Shown: positions 53,046-62,301 of the stretch, piece after piece | Numbering within the stretch: position 1 is the stretch's first letter | Layout: the number at the start of each line of letters is the position of its first letter | From: an uncultured Nitrospiraceae bacterium | GTDB lineage: Bacteria; Nitrospirota; Nitrospiria; Nitrospirales; Nitrospiraceae | Assembly (NCBI GenBank): GCA_963706325.1 | Contig: CAVPLT010000001.1 | Coordinates: 1,152,001-1,216,000, forward strand | DNA: 64,000 nt | Direction of reading: 5' to 3' | Position numbers and translations under genes: made by a program | The notes under the pieces: generated by a model | What the model was told of the DNA's origin: nothing | The model's input: only the letters and a program-made list of their open reading frames with translations | The model's database searches: none

Positions 53046-53537
53046 TCATTGGCTCAATTCAGCGATCCGCCGTTCTTGCTCCTTCATTTTTCGACTGGCC
53101 GCCAGTGTTTCCGGCTCTAAGAGACCATGCAGGATCTCCTCTCTCAGCTGGATAAATAGCGGGCTCTGACGGGCCGAGGCCAGTTGACCTCCCTGTAAGA
53201 GTTCGAGCCAACGGGTGGTGGAGGCTGCATAGCGGCCATTTGGAACCGTGGTGCGCAATTCTTGAAAGGCGTTGATCGCATCCTCGCGGTTTTCAAATAA
53301 TGCGACCAATCCCCTGGTATAGGTGACCTCCTCGCAGGTCGCGCTTTGTTGGCAATTTGCCCTGCGTGATTCTTGAGCGCGACTCACGACTCGCAACGCC
53401 TCTCGCTCTTTCGTATCGGTCTCAAAAAATGCACTGCTCGGCAACGTAACAGCCAACCCCGGACCTCCGGCACAGCCCCAGAGGGCTGCGGCGACAATGA
53501 TCCAGATTGAGCGGTGTGCGGACGTACTTGAATTCAT
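53046..53537 (-). CDS. Hypothetical lipoprotein with a TPR-like helical segment
   Basis: Lipobox ALWGC after a hydrophobic stretch; YTRGL...EDAINAFQEL...PNGRYA resembles a TPR. Start moved to MNSSTS. Confidence 0.7.
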   Translation of the reverse strand: MNSSTSAHRSIWIIVAAALWGCAGGPGLAVTLPSSAFFETDTKEREALRVVSRAQESRRANCQQSATCEEVTYTRGLVALFENREDAINAFQELRTTVPNGRYAASTTRWLELLQGGQLASARQSPLFIQLREEILHGLLEPETLAASRKMKEQERRIAELSQ

Positions 53538-54061
53538 GGAGCACCTCCCAAATACCAAGCAGGTTGCGCGCTTGATGCGGCTATTCACTTCTGACCTATT
53601 CAAACTGCCGACTCCTCCGTCCGCGCGATGTTCGGCCCGCTAGGCGGGCATTCAATCTGAGCAGTTGAGGGCTGAGCCTGGATGATAGCCGGGCCAGATT
53701 GCCTGTGCAGTTCTTAAGGAAAGATGCGATTCAACGGAGGATCAATTCGCGAGGGTGAAAAGATGACTACTGTGGAGCGCAAGCATCTCTTGGTTTCTTG
53801 TGAGAGCGTCAGCACGGAGGGCCGCCTTTCGAGCGTTGACGGCGGTGGCAGGCCGCAGGCAATTCAGAGTGGAGATGGAAGGATAGCCAATTATTACTCT
53901 ACGCTGTCTAGGCCAGCGAAAGCAAAGGGCTTGCGATGGAGGTTGGATGGTAAATGTGAAGAGCAGGGGGACAGCTGGTACGAGGAGGTCCACTGGTTGG
54001 TGACAATCCCGCAGGCCAGGACAGGTTGCTAGAGGGGATTAGTTTGACGAAATCGGTAGAG

Positions 54062-54688
54062 CTATCGATCGAAATGATAGGCGATGCCGAACATGAAGAG
54101 GTTGGCCCGATAGTCCGCGGTGATGTTGCTGCGGGTAAAGTGAAACTGAGCAAAATTGTATTTGTATTCGATGAAGGGGGCGAGGTGAGGGGTGAGAAAA
54201 TATTTCACCCCGGCCAGTACGTTGAAGCTCGGGGCAAACGACGCTTCCGGCCTGAAATTTCCATCGGAAATATTACCCATATTGAGCCCGATCCCAAGCC
54301 CTGCATAGGGCTCAACCTTGTATTGATAGCCTGTCACGCGAACCAGTGCATTGAACGCGAGCGAATGCACCAATAGGTCGGCACCGGGGATTTGTCCCGA
54401 CAGCACGGGATTCGTCGAGCGAGGGACCGTTTGCTGCTTGATATCAGGAGCCGATCGATACAAGTCGACCTCAAGACCGAACCAGTTGAACCCCCGATCG
54501 TCGAAGTAGTGGCCAAACTTAGCGCCATATGCCAAATTATTCGCTAAATCGAGCCCGCCGACGTCCGTCGTATCGAGGGTGGCGATGTTGGGTCCGATCG
54601 CGAATGCTCCATAGTTCTCCGCATGACCGAGCGTGGGGAGGCACAGGGCCACAAGTCCCAACAAGAAGCCCAATTGCCTACGAAACAT
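54062..54688 (-). CDS. Small outer-membrane beta-barrel protein (OmpA/OmpW-like 8-stranded class)
   Basis: Signal peptide ending GHA; YGAKFGHYF, EPYAGLGIG, AGVKYF and GIAYHF; ATG after GGAGGGG. Confidence 0.8.
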   Translation of the reverse strand: MFRRQLGFLLGLVALCLPTLGHAENYGAFAIGPNIATLDTTDVGGLDLANNLAYGAKFGHYFDDRGFNWFGLEVDLYRSAPDIKQQTVPRSTNPVLSGQIPGADLLVHSLAFNALVRVTGYQYKVEPYAGLGIGLNMGNISDGNFRPEASFAPSFNVLAGVKYFLTPHLAPFIEYKYNFAQFHFTRSNITADYRANLFMFGIAYHFDR

Positions 54689-54794
54689 ATCCCCTCCAAG
54701 GCGACCGAATATCTCGTCTTCCATTTCCCTGTTGGATCCTACTCTAACGGGCTTAATGCGAGGTGGCAAGAGAGAAGTGTGTCTCATTACCAGA

Positions 54795-57044
54795 CTAGCG
54801 GCATGAGGAGTCGCTTCGATGAAGCAATGTGGGCCGCAGGCAGAATCCACGCCACGGCGATTCATCCCAGGACCAGTTCAGCAGCGCATACTCGGTATGG
54901 GTCACACGATTTTCAATCACCCGTCCGAATCCTCCGATCCGTAACGAAAAACCGGCGGGCAGCAAGAAGTCACGTAGCACTCCGAATTCCGTGAAGTTGC
55001 CGGCGTAGTAGGCCGGATCCCCCTGCTCATTCACAAAACGCTCTCCGCGCCAGATGGTGACGTACGGCCGCCAGCCGTCCATATTCACGCCGGCCGTCAG
55101 TTGATAGCCACGGCCACGAACGATCGGGGCTCCGCTCTGCGTCGGTTCGTCTTGACTGGTGAGGTACATCGCCATTACATCGATTTCACGGAACCACGAC
55201 AGAGCCGACCAATATCGGTTGGGCTGGAAGGTGAATTGCGGTCCGAATGCCGTCAGGAAATTGTTTCCGGCCGGGCGATCGCGGGGAATACCGGGTCCGA
55301 AGAAGGTTCGAGATTCCGAATATTGTGCGCCGCCGGAATGAGACCAGTAGACTTGGCCATTGAGTGAGAAAAAGCCGGCGCTGGCCCGTCCTGCGTAGCC
55401 CACATCGAACCGTTCCGGCTTCTGAAATGTCTCGATTTGGTTCCAGTTGATGAACAGATCCTGCTGATAATGTTGCCGGTCCACCAGGAGTTGGAAGCCT
55501 TGTTCGATCGGACGAGAAAAGAGGGAGGCATCGTTGAACAGCGCATCCACGAAGGGATGGTTGCGCTTGATCGTGCCTGCAATCAGCGACACCGCAGGCC
55601 ACATCTCATATTCTGCCGATAGGATCGGTTGGACCGTGTGGAATCGCTGCGTATCCCCGACCGGTAAGCCGGCGAAGATGCCGAGATCCAGGTTCAACCT
55701 GGACGAAGGGCTGTATCGGAGCACGGGAGCGATGTATTGGCCGGCGAAGGTACTGTTCGCGACCGGTCGTCCTCCGATTTGCTCGAGGCCTGAATAGGCG
55801 ATGTTATACGCATAGGTCAACGTATCGAGTTTGGCCGTGAAGCGAGGTGTGGCCTCCGCGGCTTGCTCGGGGGAGGCCGGCGTGCTCTGTGCGGGGAAGA
55901 GGTCTCTCATGAATCGTCCGTCCGCGGTATCCCAATTCCAGTTGAAGACGAGATACTGCTGATTGACCCATTTGGTCCCTTGAGGGATAACCTCATTGAC
56001 TGCATTACGTAGGTGCCTCGCCTGAACCCCGAACTCGATGGACGCCTCGTCGCCCAAGACAAAGACTTTAGAAAGGCCCACCTCCATGAAATTTCCCGCG
56101 ACGAATTCGGGGTCGCCTTGCTGGCTGAGGAAGTTCACACCGCGCCAGAATCCCACGCGAGGACGCCAACCTGCGATATCCAGCCAGACTTGAACATCGT
56201 AACCGCGTCCGTTGTCATAGGGCGTAGCGCGAGCCGGTTGATTGAAGCTGTTAAGATACGTCAGTCGGATGCCGATTTCATTCCACCATCGGAGTGAACG
56301 GACATAACGTGTGGGTTCGAAGACGAGTTCAGGGCCGAATGCGGTGACCAGATTGTTGCCAGTGCTGAATGAGCGATCGAGTTTGAGCAGGGCCTGACCG
56401 TGATGGACCCAATGCGCCTCGCCGTTGAAGCGGAAGAAACTGGCTCGAAGTTGCCCCACATATCCGACATCGTATCGATTGGTAGCGGAGCCGCCAAAGG
56501 CCTGCTCCCAGTTGATAAATAGGTCCTGCCGGTAATACTCTGAGTTCGCCATAATCTGCGCGCCCTGTTCAATCGGCCGCACAAACCGGTTGGCGTTGTC
56601 GAAGACCGCGTCGTGAAAGTCTCGGTGCGGCACCGCGAGGGTACCGAGCAGGGCACTCACTTCCTGAGTAGGGCTATATTGGAGTCGGACGATTGGCCGG
56701 ACTTGTGAGACCTCCGTGTCATGACCGAACGGCATATTGAGGAACACTCCAAGGTCCAAGTCTACGGAGGAAAGCAGCTGTTTCCGTACATACACGTTCA
56801 GCAGGTTGCCGATCAGTGTCGTATCCCGGCCTATACCATTGGTGAAGGTATTATCCTGGAGGCCCTGTTTTCCAAGGTTGAACAGGAACGTTGTGGTTTC
56901 GATTCGCAGGTCGAGAGCGTGTGGAGCGGATGGAGGCGGCCCTTGGTCGGCTGCCGAGGCCGTGATCACATGCAACAGCCCGAACAATGTTCCGACGAGG
57001 AAGAAGGAACGCGCGCGCCATCTGTGGGGGTCGGACTGCAGCAC
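54795..57044 (-). CDS. Secreted/outer-membrane protein made of two homologous ~330-aa beta-rich repeats
   Basis: Signal peptide ending ASA-A. The two halves share LDLG.F, RPIEQG, QDLFINW, DVGY, TAFGP, GRGY, GWRP, QGDP, AGNF and NW.WD. Confidence 0.8.
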   Translation of the reverse strand: MLQSDPHRWRARSFFLVGTLFGLLHVITASAADQGPPPSAPHALDLRIETTTFLFNLGKQGLQDNTFTNGIGRDTTLIGNLLNVYVRKQLLSSVDLDLGVFLNMPFGHDTEVSQVRPIVRLQYSPTQEVSALLGTLAVPHRDFHDAVFDNANRFVRPIEQGAQIMANSEYYRQDLFINWEQAFGGSATNRYDVGYVGQLRASFFRFNGEAHWVHHGQALLKLDRSFSTGNNLVTAFGPELVFEPTRYVRSLRWWNEIGIRLTYLNSFNQPARATPYDNGRGYDVQVWLDIAGWRPRVGFWRGVNFLSQQGDPEFVAGNFMEVGLSKVFVLGDEASIEFGVQARHLRNAVNEVIPQGTKWVNQQYLVFNWNWDTADGRFMRDLFPAQSTPASPEQAAEATPRFTAKLDTLTYAYNIAYSGLEQIGGRPVANSTFAGQYIAPVLRYSPSSRLNLDLGIFAGLPVGDTQRFHTVQPILSAEYEMWPAVSLIAGTIKRNHPFVDALFNDASLFSRPIEQGFQLLVDRQHYQQDLFINWNQIETFQKPERFDVGYAGRASAGFFSLNGQVYWSHSGGAQYSESRTFFGPGIPRDRPAGNNFLTAFGPQFTFQPNRYWSALSWFREIDVMAMYLTSQDEPTQSGAPIVRGRGYQLTAGVNMDGWRPYVTIWRGERFVNEQGDPAYYAGNFTEFGVLRDFLLPAGFSLRIGGFGRVIENRVTHTEYALLNWSWDESPWRGFCLRPTLLHRSDSSCR

Positions 57045-57055
57045 AATGGGGGCCG

Positions 57056-57085
57056 ATCATAAAAGGATGTCATGCAGGACGTCAA
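57056..57085 (-). promoter_or_regulatory. Sigma70-type promoter of the duplicated OMP gene
   Basis: Minus strand TTGACG-18 nt-TATGAT, ending 11 nt before the GTG at 57044. Confidence 0.55.
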
Positions 57086-57173
57086 CGCGTCTTTTTCGAT
57101 CGCGACCAGCAGTGGCTCCATCGGTCGGCGACGCCTCGTGGCGCAGCCATCCGGCTGCTGAACGGACCAGCCT

Positions 57174-58571
57174 GTGAGCGACGACAAGCCGTCCTTGCCC
57201 GAACTGCCCCGGTCCGGCCTTTGGTTGGGGACCATGCTTTCCCTCATCGCCGCGGGCACCCTTCTGGCATCATTCGGAATTCAATGGCTGACGGTGTCGC
57301 GACTGGGCATCGGCATCCAGACCGATGCGTTTTATGCGGGGGCCACGGTGCAGCAAGTAATCTCCACACTGGTGATGGACCCGCTGATGTTCGTTCTGGT
57401 TCCCTATTTCTCCGCCCTCACCAGGGACGAGCGAATAACATTTGGCTGGTTCTTGCTCGTGGCGGTCTTCCTTTCGGCGGGACTGTTCTCCGGCGTGACT
57501 GCGGTCTTCGCCCCTGTCATCATGGCCTGGGTCGTCCCCGGATTCTCGCCGGAGGCTCACAGCCTCGCGGTCGAACTGACGCGTATCCAGTCCCTCGCCG
57601 TGGTCGGACTGTCCTGCTTCACGGTCCTGGCTTGTTTTTGTCAGGCCGGTAAACGTTTCTTGTGGCCGGCGCTGGCGGCCTTGTTCTGTGGCGTATTCGG
57701 ATGGGCCCTTCTGTGGATCGGCCTCGATCGCTGGGGGGTGAGGTATGCGGCTTGGATCCAGGTCTTCATCCTCGCTGGGCCAGCGGTGATCCTGCTGCCG
57801 TCACTGGAGGCAAGGCCATTGCCGTCCTGGGCGGACGAGGTCGGAAAGCTGCGGCAATTATGGTCTCGCTTTCGCCCGCTGGTCCTCTCGTCCGCTTTTA
57901 TCAGGAGCGGGTTTGTCGTGGATCGTTTCCTGGCCTCGTTCCTCGATCAAGGCAGCCTCGTCATTCTGGAACTGGCTGGGCGCACCCTGACGGCCCTGGT
58001 CCGTGTCCTCAACCAAGGCATCACGACGCCTATCCTGCCTAGGTTGACCCTGTGGGCCATGAATGGGCAATGGGAACCACATGCGCGACTCTTGCGGCAT
58101 CGACTCGCTTGGATCGCCGGCATCGGTGGGTTGGCGTTCCTGCTGATCAGCTTCGTTCCCTCCGTGGTGCTTTCTGAGGAAATATGGGCGCGGGCGAGCG
58201 CGACACTCGGCGGCGCGCTCACCCCGGGTGACCTCCGCACCCTGTGGGTCACTTTTGTGTGCGGGTCAGGGATCCTGCTCTTTGGAGGGATCCATAATCT
58301 GCTGATCAATGCGTTTTACACGGCAAGCGAAACCGCGCTTCCGGCGAGGATAGAGATGCTGACCCATACGGCGGGACTGGCGATGAAGACAGTGGGCGTC
58401 CTGTTGGGAGGGCTGATGGGGATCGCTATTGCGATCAGTCTCTTTTATGCCCTGAACACGATCACCCTTTCCGTTGCGCTCAGACGAGCGGTCGGGCGCC
58501 GTGGGGTTCCGGATGATTCGTTGAGCGCCCCCGCCTCACGGCCATCCGGAGGCCCGCCGCCGGTCCTGTAA
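57174..58571 (+). CDS. MurJ/MviN-like (MOP superfamily) lipid-linked glycan flippase
   Basis: About 12-13 TM helices; G...TDAFYAG, VPGF...AVELTRI, VDRFLASFL..GS and AFY; first gene of the polysaccharide operon. Confidence 0.78.
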   Translation: MSDDKPSLPELPRSGLWLGTMLSLIAAGTLLASFGIQWLTVSRLGIGIQTDAFYAGATVQQVISTLVMDPLMFVLVPYFSALTRDERITFGWFLLVAVFLSAGLFSGVTAVFAPVIMAWVVPGFSPEAHSLAVELTRIQSLAVVGLSCFTVLACFCQAGKRFLWPALAALFCGVFGWALLWIGLDRWGVRYAAWIQVFILAGPAVILLPSLEARPLPSWADEVGKLRQLWSRFRPLVLSSAFIRSGFVVDRFLASFLDQGSLVILELAGRTLTALVRVLNQGITTPILPRLTLWAMNGQWEPHARLLRHRLAWIAGIGGLAFLLISFVPSVVLSEEIWARASATLGGALTPGDLRTLWVTFVCGSGILLFGGIHNLLINAFYTASETALPARIEMLTHTAGLAMKTVGVLLGGLMGIAIAISLFYALNTITLSVALRRAVGRRGVPDDSLSAPASRPSGGPPPVL

Positions 58572-58607
58572 TCAATGTAGGGCGGCCGCAGATGTCGAAC
58601 GATCATA

Positions 58608-59753
58608 ATGAGAGCAATCAGAACAGGCTGGCTCATCGCCGCATCCATGGGAGTGTCCCTTGTCATCACCTGCTTGGGACTTGAGGTCGGCTTGCGATTC
58701 ATGCCGGTGAGTGATGGGCTGAGAGGACTACCGGTCAATGCCGACAATCCGATCTATCGATTCGCGCCGAACCTTCGGTTACGGTGGACGAAAGGATGGA
58801 ACTTCTCGCTGGCCAATGAGATCGTGACCAACAATGAAGGGTTCATCAGCAACGTAGACTACGATGCCGCGGCCACCATTCCTTTGCTGGCCGTGATCGG
58901 AGATAGTTACGTAGAGGCTGCCATGGTGCCCTACGACCGAACGGCATCAGGCATCCTAGGCCGACTGGTGGAGGGCCACGGGCGGGTCTATTCGTTCGGA
59001 GCATCGGGCGCGGCATTAAGTCAATATTTGGCCTATGCCCGCTACGTGCGAAAGCGGTTCAATCCGGCCGGCATGGTCATGACGATCGTCGGCAATGACT
59101 TTGATGAGAGCCTCTTGAAGTACAGACGCTATCCAGGCTTTCATTACTTCATGGAAACTCCCGAGGGCGGGCTGGAGTTGACGCGTCTGGACCGCTCGGT
59201 TCCCTGGTGGAAAAATGTGGTGGTGAGGAGCGCACTGGGTCGGTACATCGTGATGAATCTCGAGGTGGGAAACCTGGTCGAGCGGTTCACTCACGGTCTC
59301 TCCGCAATCGCCGGGCATGATCTCGAGTTCGTGGGCAACGTGGACGCCACGGTCGACAAGGATCGACGGACGGATGCACTCAGGGCGGTGGACGCATTCC
59401 TGAGGCTGTTGCCCTCCATGTCAGGGCTCGAACCTCGCCACGTGCTGCTGGTCGTGGATGCCCCGCGGCCAGAGATTTACTCCCCGGTTCAGCTACATGT
59501 GGCGCGGAACAGCTTTTTCGGGGACATGCGGCGGTATCTCATCGAGAGGGCTTCTGCACAGGGCTTCGAAGTCATCGACCTGGAGAAGGTGTTCGTGCAA
59601 GATTACCAGAAAAGAGGCATGACGTTTGAGCACAAGAATGACTATCATTGGAACGAAACCGGTCATGAACTGGTGGCGGCGGTCATACGTCGCTCATCGG
59701 TTTACGACCGGGTGTTTCAACTCCGAGAGTGTGCCGCAGGATGTGCCAGATAG
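58608..59753 (+). CDS. Membrane-anchored SGNH/GDSL protein (AlgX/AlgJ-like polysaccharide O-acyl transferase or esterase)
   Basis: N-terminal TM helix (LEVGLR), block I IGDS, block III GND and block V DYHWNETGH. Confidence 0.78.
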   Translation: MRAIRTGWLIAASMGVSLVITCLGLEVGLRFMPVSDGLRGLPVNADNPIYRFAPNLRLRWTKGWNFSLANEIVTNNEGFISNVDYDAAATIPLLAVIGDSYVEAAMVPYDRTASGILGRLVEGHGRVYSFGASGAALSQYLAYARYVRKRFNPAGMVMTIVGNDFDESLLKYRRYPGFHYFMETPEGGLELTRLDRSVPWWKNVVVRSALGRYIVMNLEVGNLVERFTHGLSAIAGHDLEFVGNVDATVDKDRRTDALRAVDAFLRLLPSMSGLEPRHVLLVVDAPRPEIYSPVQLHVARNSFFGDMRRYLIERASAQGFEVIDLEKVFVQDYQKRGMTFEHKNDYHWNETGHELVAAVIRRSSVYDRVFQLRECAAGCAR

Positions 59754-59804
59754 GATAACGTCCAGCGAGCGTCGCAGCCGCCCCGATCGTTCGGAGTCCA
59801 CCGA

Positions 59805-60821
59805 ATGTCCGTCGTGAATCCACGCGTCCTCTCCGTCATTCCCGGCTTGCCGGTTGGATACTGCATGATTTTCGCCAGGACCCAGATTGCGACGCTGGAG
59901 CAATTGGGAGTGGTCAGCCAGTCGTTTTTCTTGCAAACTCGCACCGCACCGGGATTGCTCCTTTCTGAGGCTGCGAGATTTCGCCGTGTGGTCGCTTCTT
60001 TTCAGCCGGACCTTATCCATGCGCACTACGGCACCGTCACGGCGCTCTTCTGTGCCCTCCTAACCAGGCTGCCGCTCGTCGTGACGTATCAAGGCAGCGA
60101 CCTGAATCATTATTGGCACGCGAATCCTTTGAGACCGCCGACCGCCAGGGTCATGTCCCAGTTGGCCGCTTTGCGCGCCTCGGGGATCATCTGCGTAAGT
60201 CAACAATTGAAGGAGCGGCTCTGGTGGTATCGAGCCCATGCTCGCGTGCTTCCTTCGGGTGTGGACAAGAACATCTTCCATCCCGTTTCACAGCGGAATG
60301 CGAGGGCGAGCTGCGGCTGGTCGGATGACGAGAAGGTGGTCGTCACGAGCGCCGGGACCGATCCGATACACAAGCGGCTGTCACTGGCGCAGGCCTCGGT
60401 GCAGGCCGCCGAGTCGTTGTGCGGAAAGATCCGGTTCGTCGCGTTGGACGGGAAGAAGGATCAACGAACCGTCGCCACCCTCTTCAACGCCGCCGACTGT
60501 TTTCTGCTGACCAGCATGGCCGAGGGTTCTCCCAACGTGATCAAAGAGGCCATGGCCTGCGATCTGCCTGTCGTTTCCGTGGATGTGGGCGATGTCCGGG
60601 AGCGGCTGCGGGAGGTCAATCCGACCAAGATTGTCGACGCACACCCCCGGAAGCTGGGAGCAGCCGTGGCCGAGCTGGTGAGCTTGCGCAGCCGATCCAA
60701 TGGAAGCGCAGCAATCCGCGATCTTTCCGCGGAAAGAGTCGCTTCCGATGTGTTAGCCCTTTATCGTGAGGTCTTGGAAAGGCGGCGAAGCGTGCCCCGC
60801 CAACCGCATGCCACGCGCTGA
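59805..60821 (+). CDS. Glycosyltransferase family 4
   Basis: PDLIHAHYG, ICVS, PSGVD, KR and EGSPNVIKEAMAC (EX7E), DVGDV. Confidence 0.9.
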   Translation: MSVVNPRVLSVIPGLPVGYCMIFARTQIATLEQLGVVSQSFFLQTRTAPGLLLSEAARFRRVVASFQPDLIHAHYGTVTALFCALLTRLPLVVTYQGSDLNHYWHANPLRPPTARVMSQLAALRASGIICVSQQLKERLWWYRAHARVLPSGVDKNIFHPVSQRNARASCGWSDDEKVVVTSAGTDPIHKRLSLAQASVQAAESLCGKIRFVALDGKKDQRTVATLFNAADCFLLTSMAEGSPNVIKEAMACDLPVVSVDVGDVRERLREVNPTKIVDAHPRKLGAAVAELVSLRSRSNGSAAIRDLSAERVASDVLALYREVLERRRSVPRQPHATR

Positions 60822-60885
60822 GGGGATGGTGGCCGGATGAGCCTCCCAGTTCACGTTAAACGCGGGCTATGGTCTAGCTTGTGCC

Positions 60886-62301
60886 ATGGAATATTACCTC
60901 TTATTGACTCTGGAGACCACGGTCATTGCGGCCTTGGCATTGCTACTCTGGCTGAGGACGGGCCATGTGGGGTTTCCTGTCGGTATCGGTCTCCTCTACT
61001 TCTGGTCGCTCCATGGAGCCTGGTCGATCATCACGGATCAGCTGGGTGGGGAGAGTGGAAAACGTTATAGCTATTTGCTCGCGAAGATGTTTCCGGTCGA
61101 ATTAGACGGGGACTACCTGTGGTCCCTGTTCCTGTATGCAAGTTTCATCATTTTGATCGAACTGACGCTGTTGTGGTTCCTGACAGCACAAGGACAAGAA
61201 GGGGCGGTCGTCGACTATGGCACTCCCCTGTCCATCTCCCATGGATTCATCCTGTTGCTCTCCGCCCTCTCCATGGCGGCGAGCTTTCTGATCATGCAAG
61301 ACCAGTTGCTGGTTGCCGCTCAGTTCAACATGTCCCCGTATTACGCGACCAGAGGCGGGCTAGGGGAATACAACGAGTGGTTCACGCTGCATCAAGTCCT
61401 GAACCGGATGGCGCTGTTTTCCCTCGCGATCGGATCGTCTGTGTATCTCTCGGGCCACCGCGGCCGGTTCCTGGTCGGAAGCAATGGGGTCATGGTCGGA
61501 ATGGCTTACATCGGGTCGATCCTCGGGACCTTTGGGTTTCTGGCCATGCTGGGCAATAAGAATGAGCTGTTCTCCGCCTTTCTGTTGGGGGGACTCTTTT
61601 ACCTGGGCAACGCCAAGCCGGTGAGGTGGGCGCTCGTGGCGCCCATCGGAATTTTTGTTTTTCTTTCCATCGCCGCCATCGACCTCCTAAGAGGGTTCTC
61701 GATGGGCGCCCTCCTGGATAGCGCGAGTTGGTGGGAAGCCCTGGCCTGGTCTCCTGAAATCCGGTCGAGCAACGAAGCTTTTGCCGCCCATTTTTCCCTG
61801 TACGGCGTTTTGCAATTTAACCCCGGCTACACGTATGGCTCCAGTCTCGTGGCCTTAGCCACCTCGATCGTTCCGCGAGTGTTCTGGCCTGACAGACCCG
61901 AAGGCACCTATGTGCAGTACGCTGAAAGCCTGGGTATCTATGAAGGGGCGACCGGGCAGGGCTTTACCGTCCATCACGCCACCGGATGGTATTTGAATTT
62001 TGGCACATGGGGGTTGATTGCCGGCGCCCTGCTCGTGGGCATCATCTGGGCGAAGTGTTACAACGCCCATAACCGTGTCAGGCGCGGCGATCGCCATTGG
62101 GCCGCTGTGTTGGCGATCGTGGCTCCGGCGGGGTTCGTCTCATTCATTCCGCCGCTGGTGCGGGCGGGACCCGAGGCCTATAAGGGCATGGTTATCGAAG
62201 CCTTCCTGATTCCGGCCATGATCGTCCTATTGGCGTCGATTCCATGGGGGAAGGTGTTGGGTCTGTCGGAGTTCCCGTATGGAACAGCGAATGTCGAATA
62301 A
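60886..62301 (+). CDS. Polytopic membrane protein, probable Wzy-type polysaccharide polymerase
   Basis: About 11 TM helices, periplasmic loop with YTYGSS...IVPRVFWPDRP and YLNFG..G; lies within a glycosyltransferase cluster. Confidence 0.7.
   Translation: MEYYLLLTLETTVIAALALLLWLRTGHVGFPVGIGLLYFWSLHGAWSIITDQLGGESGKRYSYLLAKMFPVELDGDYLWSLFLYASFIILIELTLLWFLTAQGQEGAVVDYGTPLSISHGFILLLSALSMAASFLIMQDQLLVAAQFNMSPYYATRGGLGEYNEWFTLHQVLNRMALFSLAIGSSVYLSGHRGRFLVGSNGVMVGMAYIGSILGTFGFLAMLGNKNELFSAFLLGGLFYLGNAKPVRWALVAPIGIFVFLSIAAIDLLRGFSMGALLDSASWWEALAWSPEIRSSNEAFAAHFSLYGVLQFNPGYTYGSSLVALATSIVPRVFWPDRPEGTYVQYAESLGIYEGATGQGFTVHHATGWYLNFGTWGLIAGALLVGIIWAKCYNAHNRVRRGDRHWAAVLAIVAPAGFVSFIPPLVRAGPEAYKGMVIEAFLIPAMIVLLASIPWGKVLGLSEFPYGTANVE

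Noticed and set aside
53724..54032. 102-aa plus-strand ORF (and overlapping 83-aa minus-strand ORF) between the lipoprotein and OMP genes
   Set aside because: No motifs and atypical composition; more likely the promoter region of the lipoprotein gene. A small gene cannot be fully excluded.
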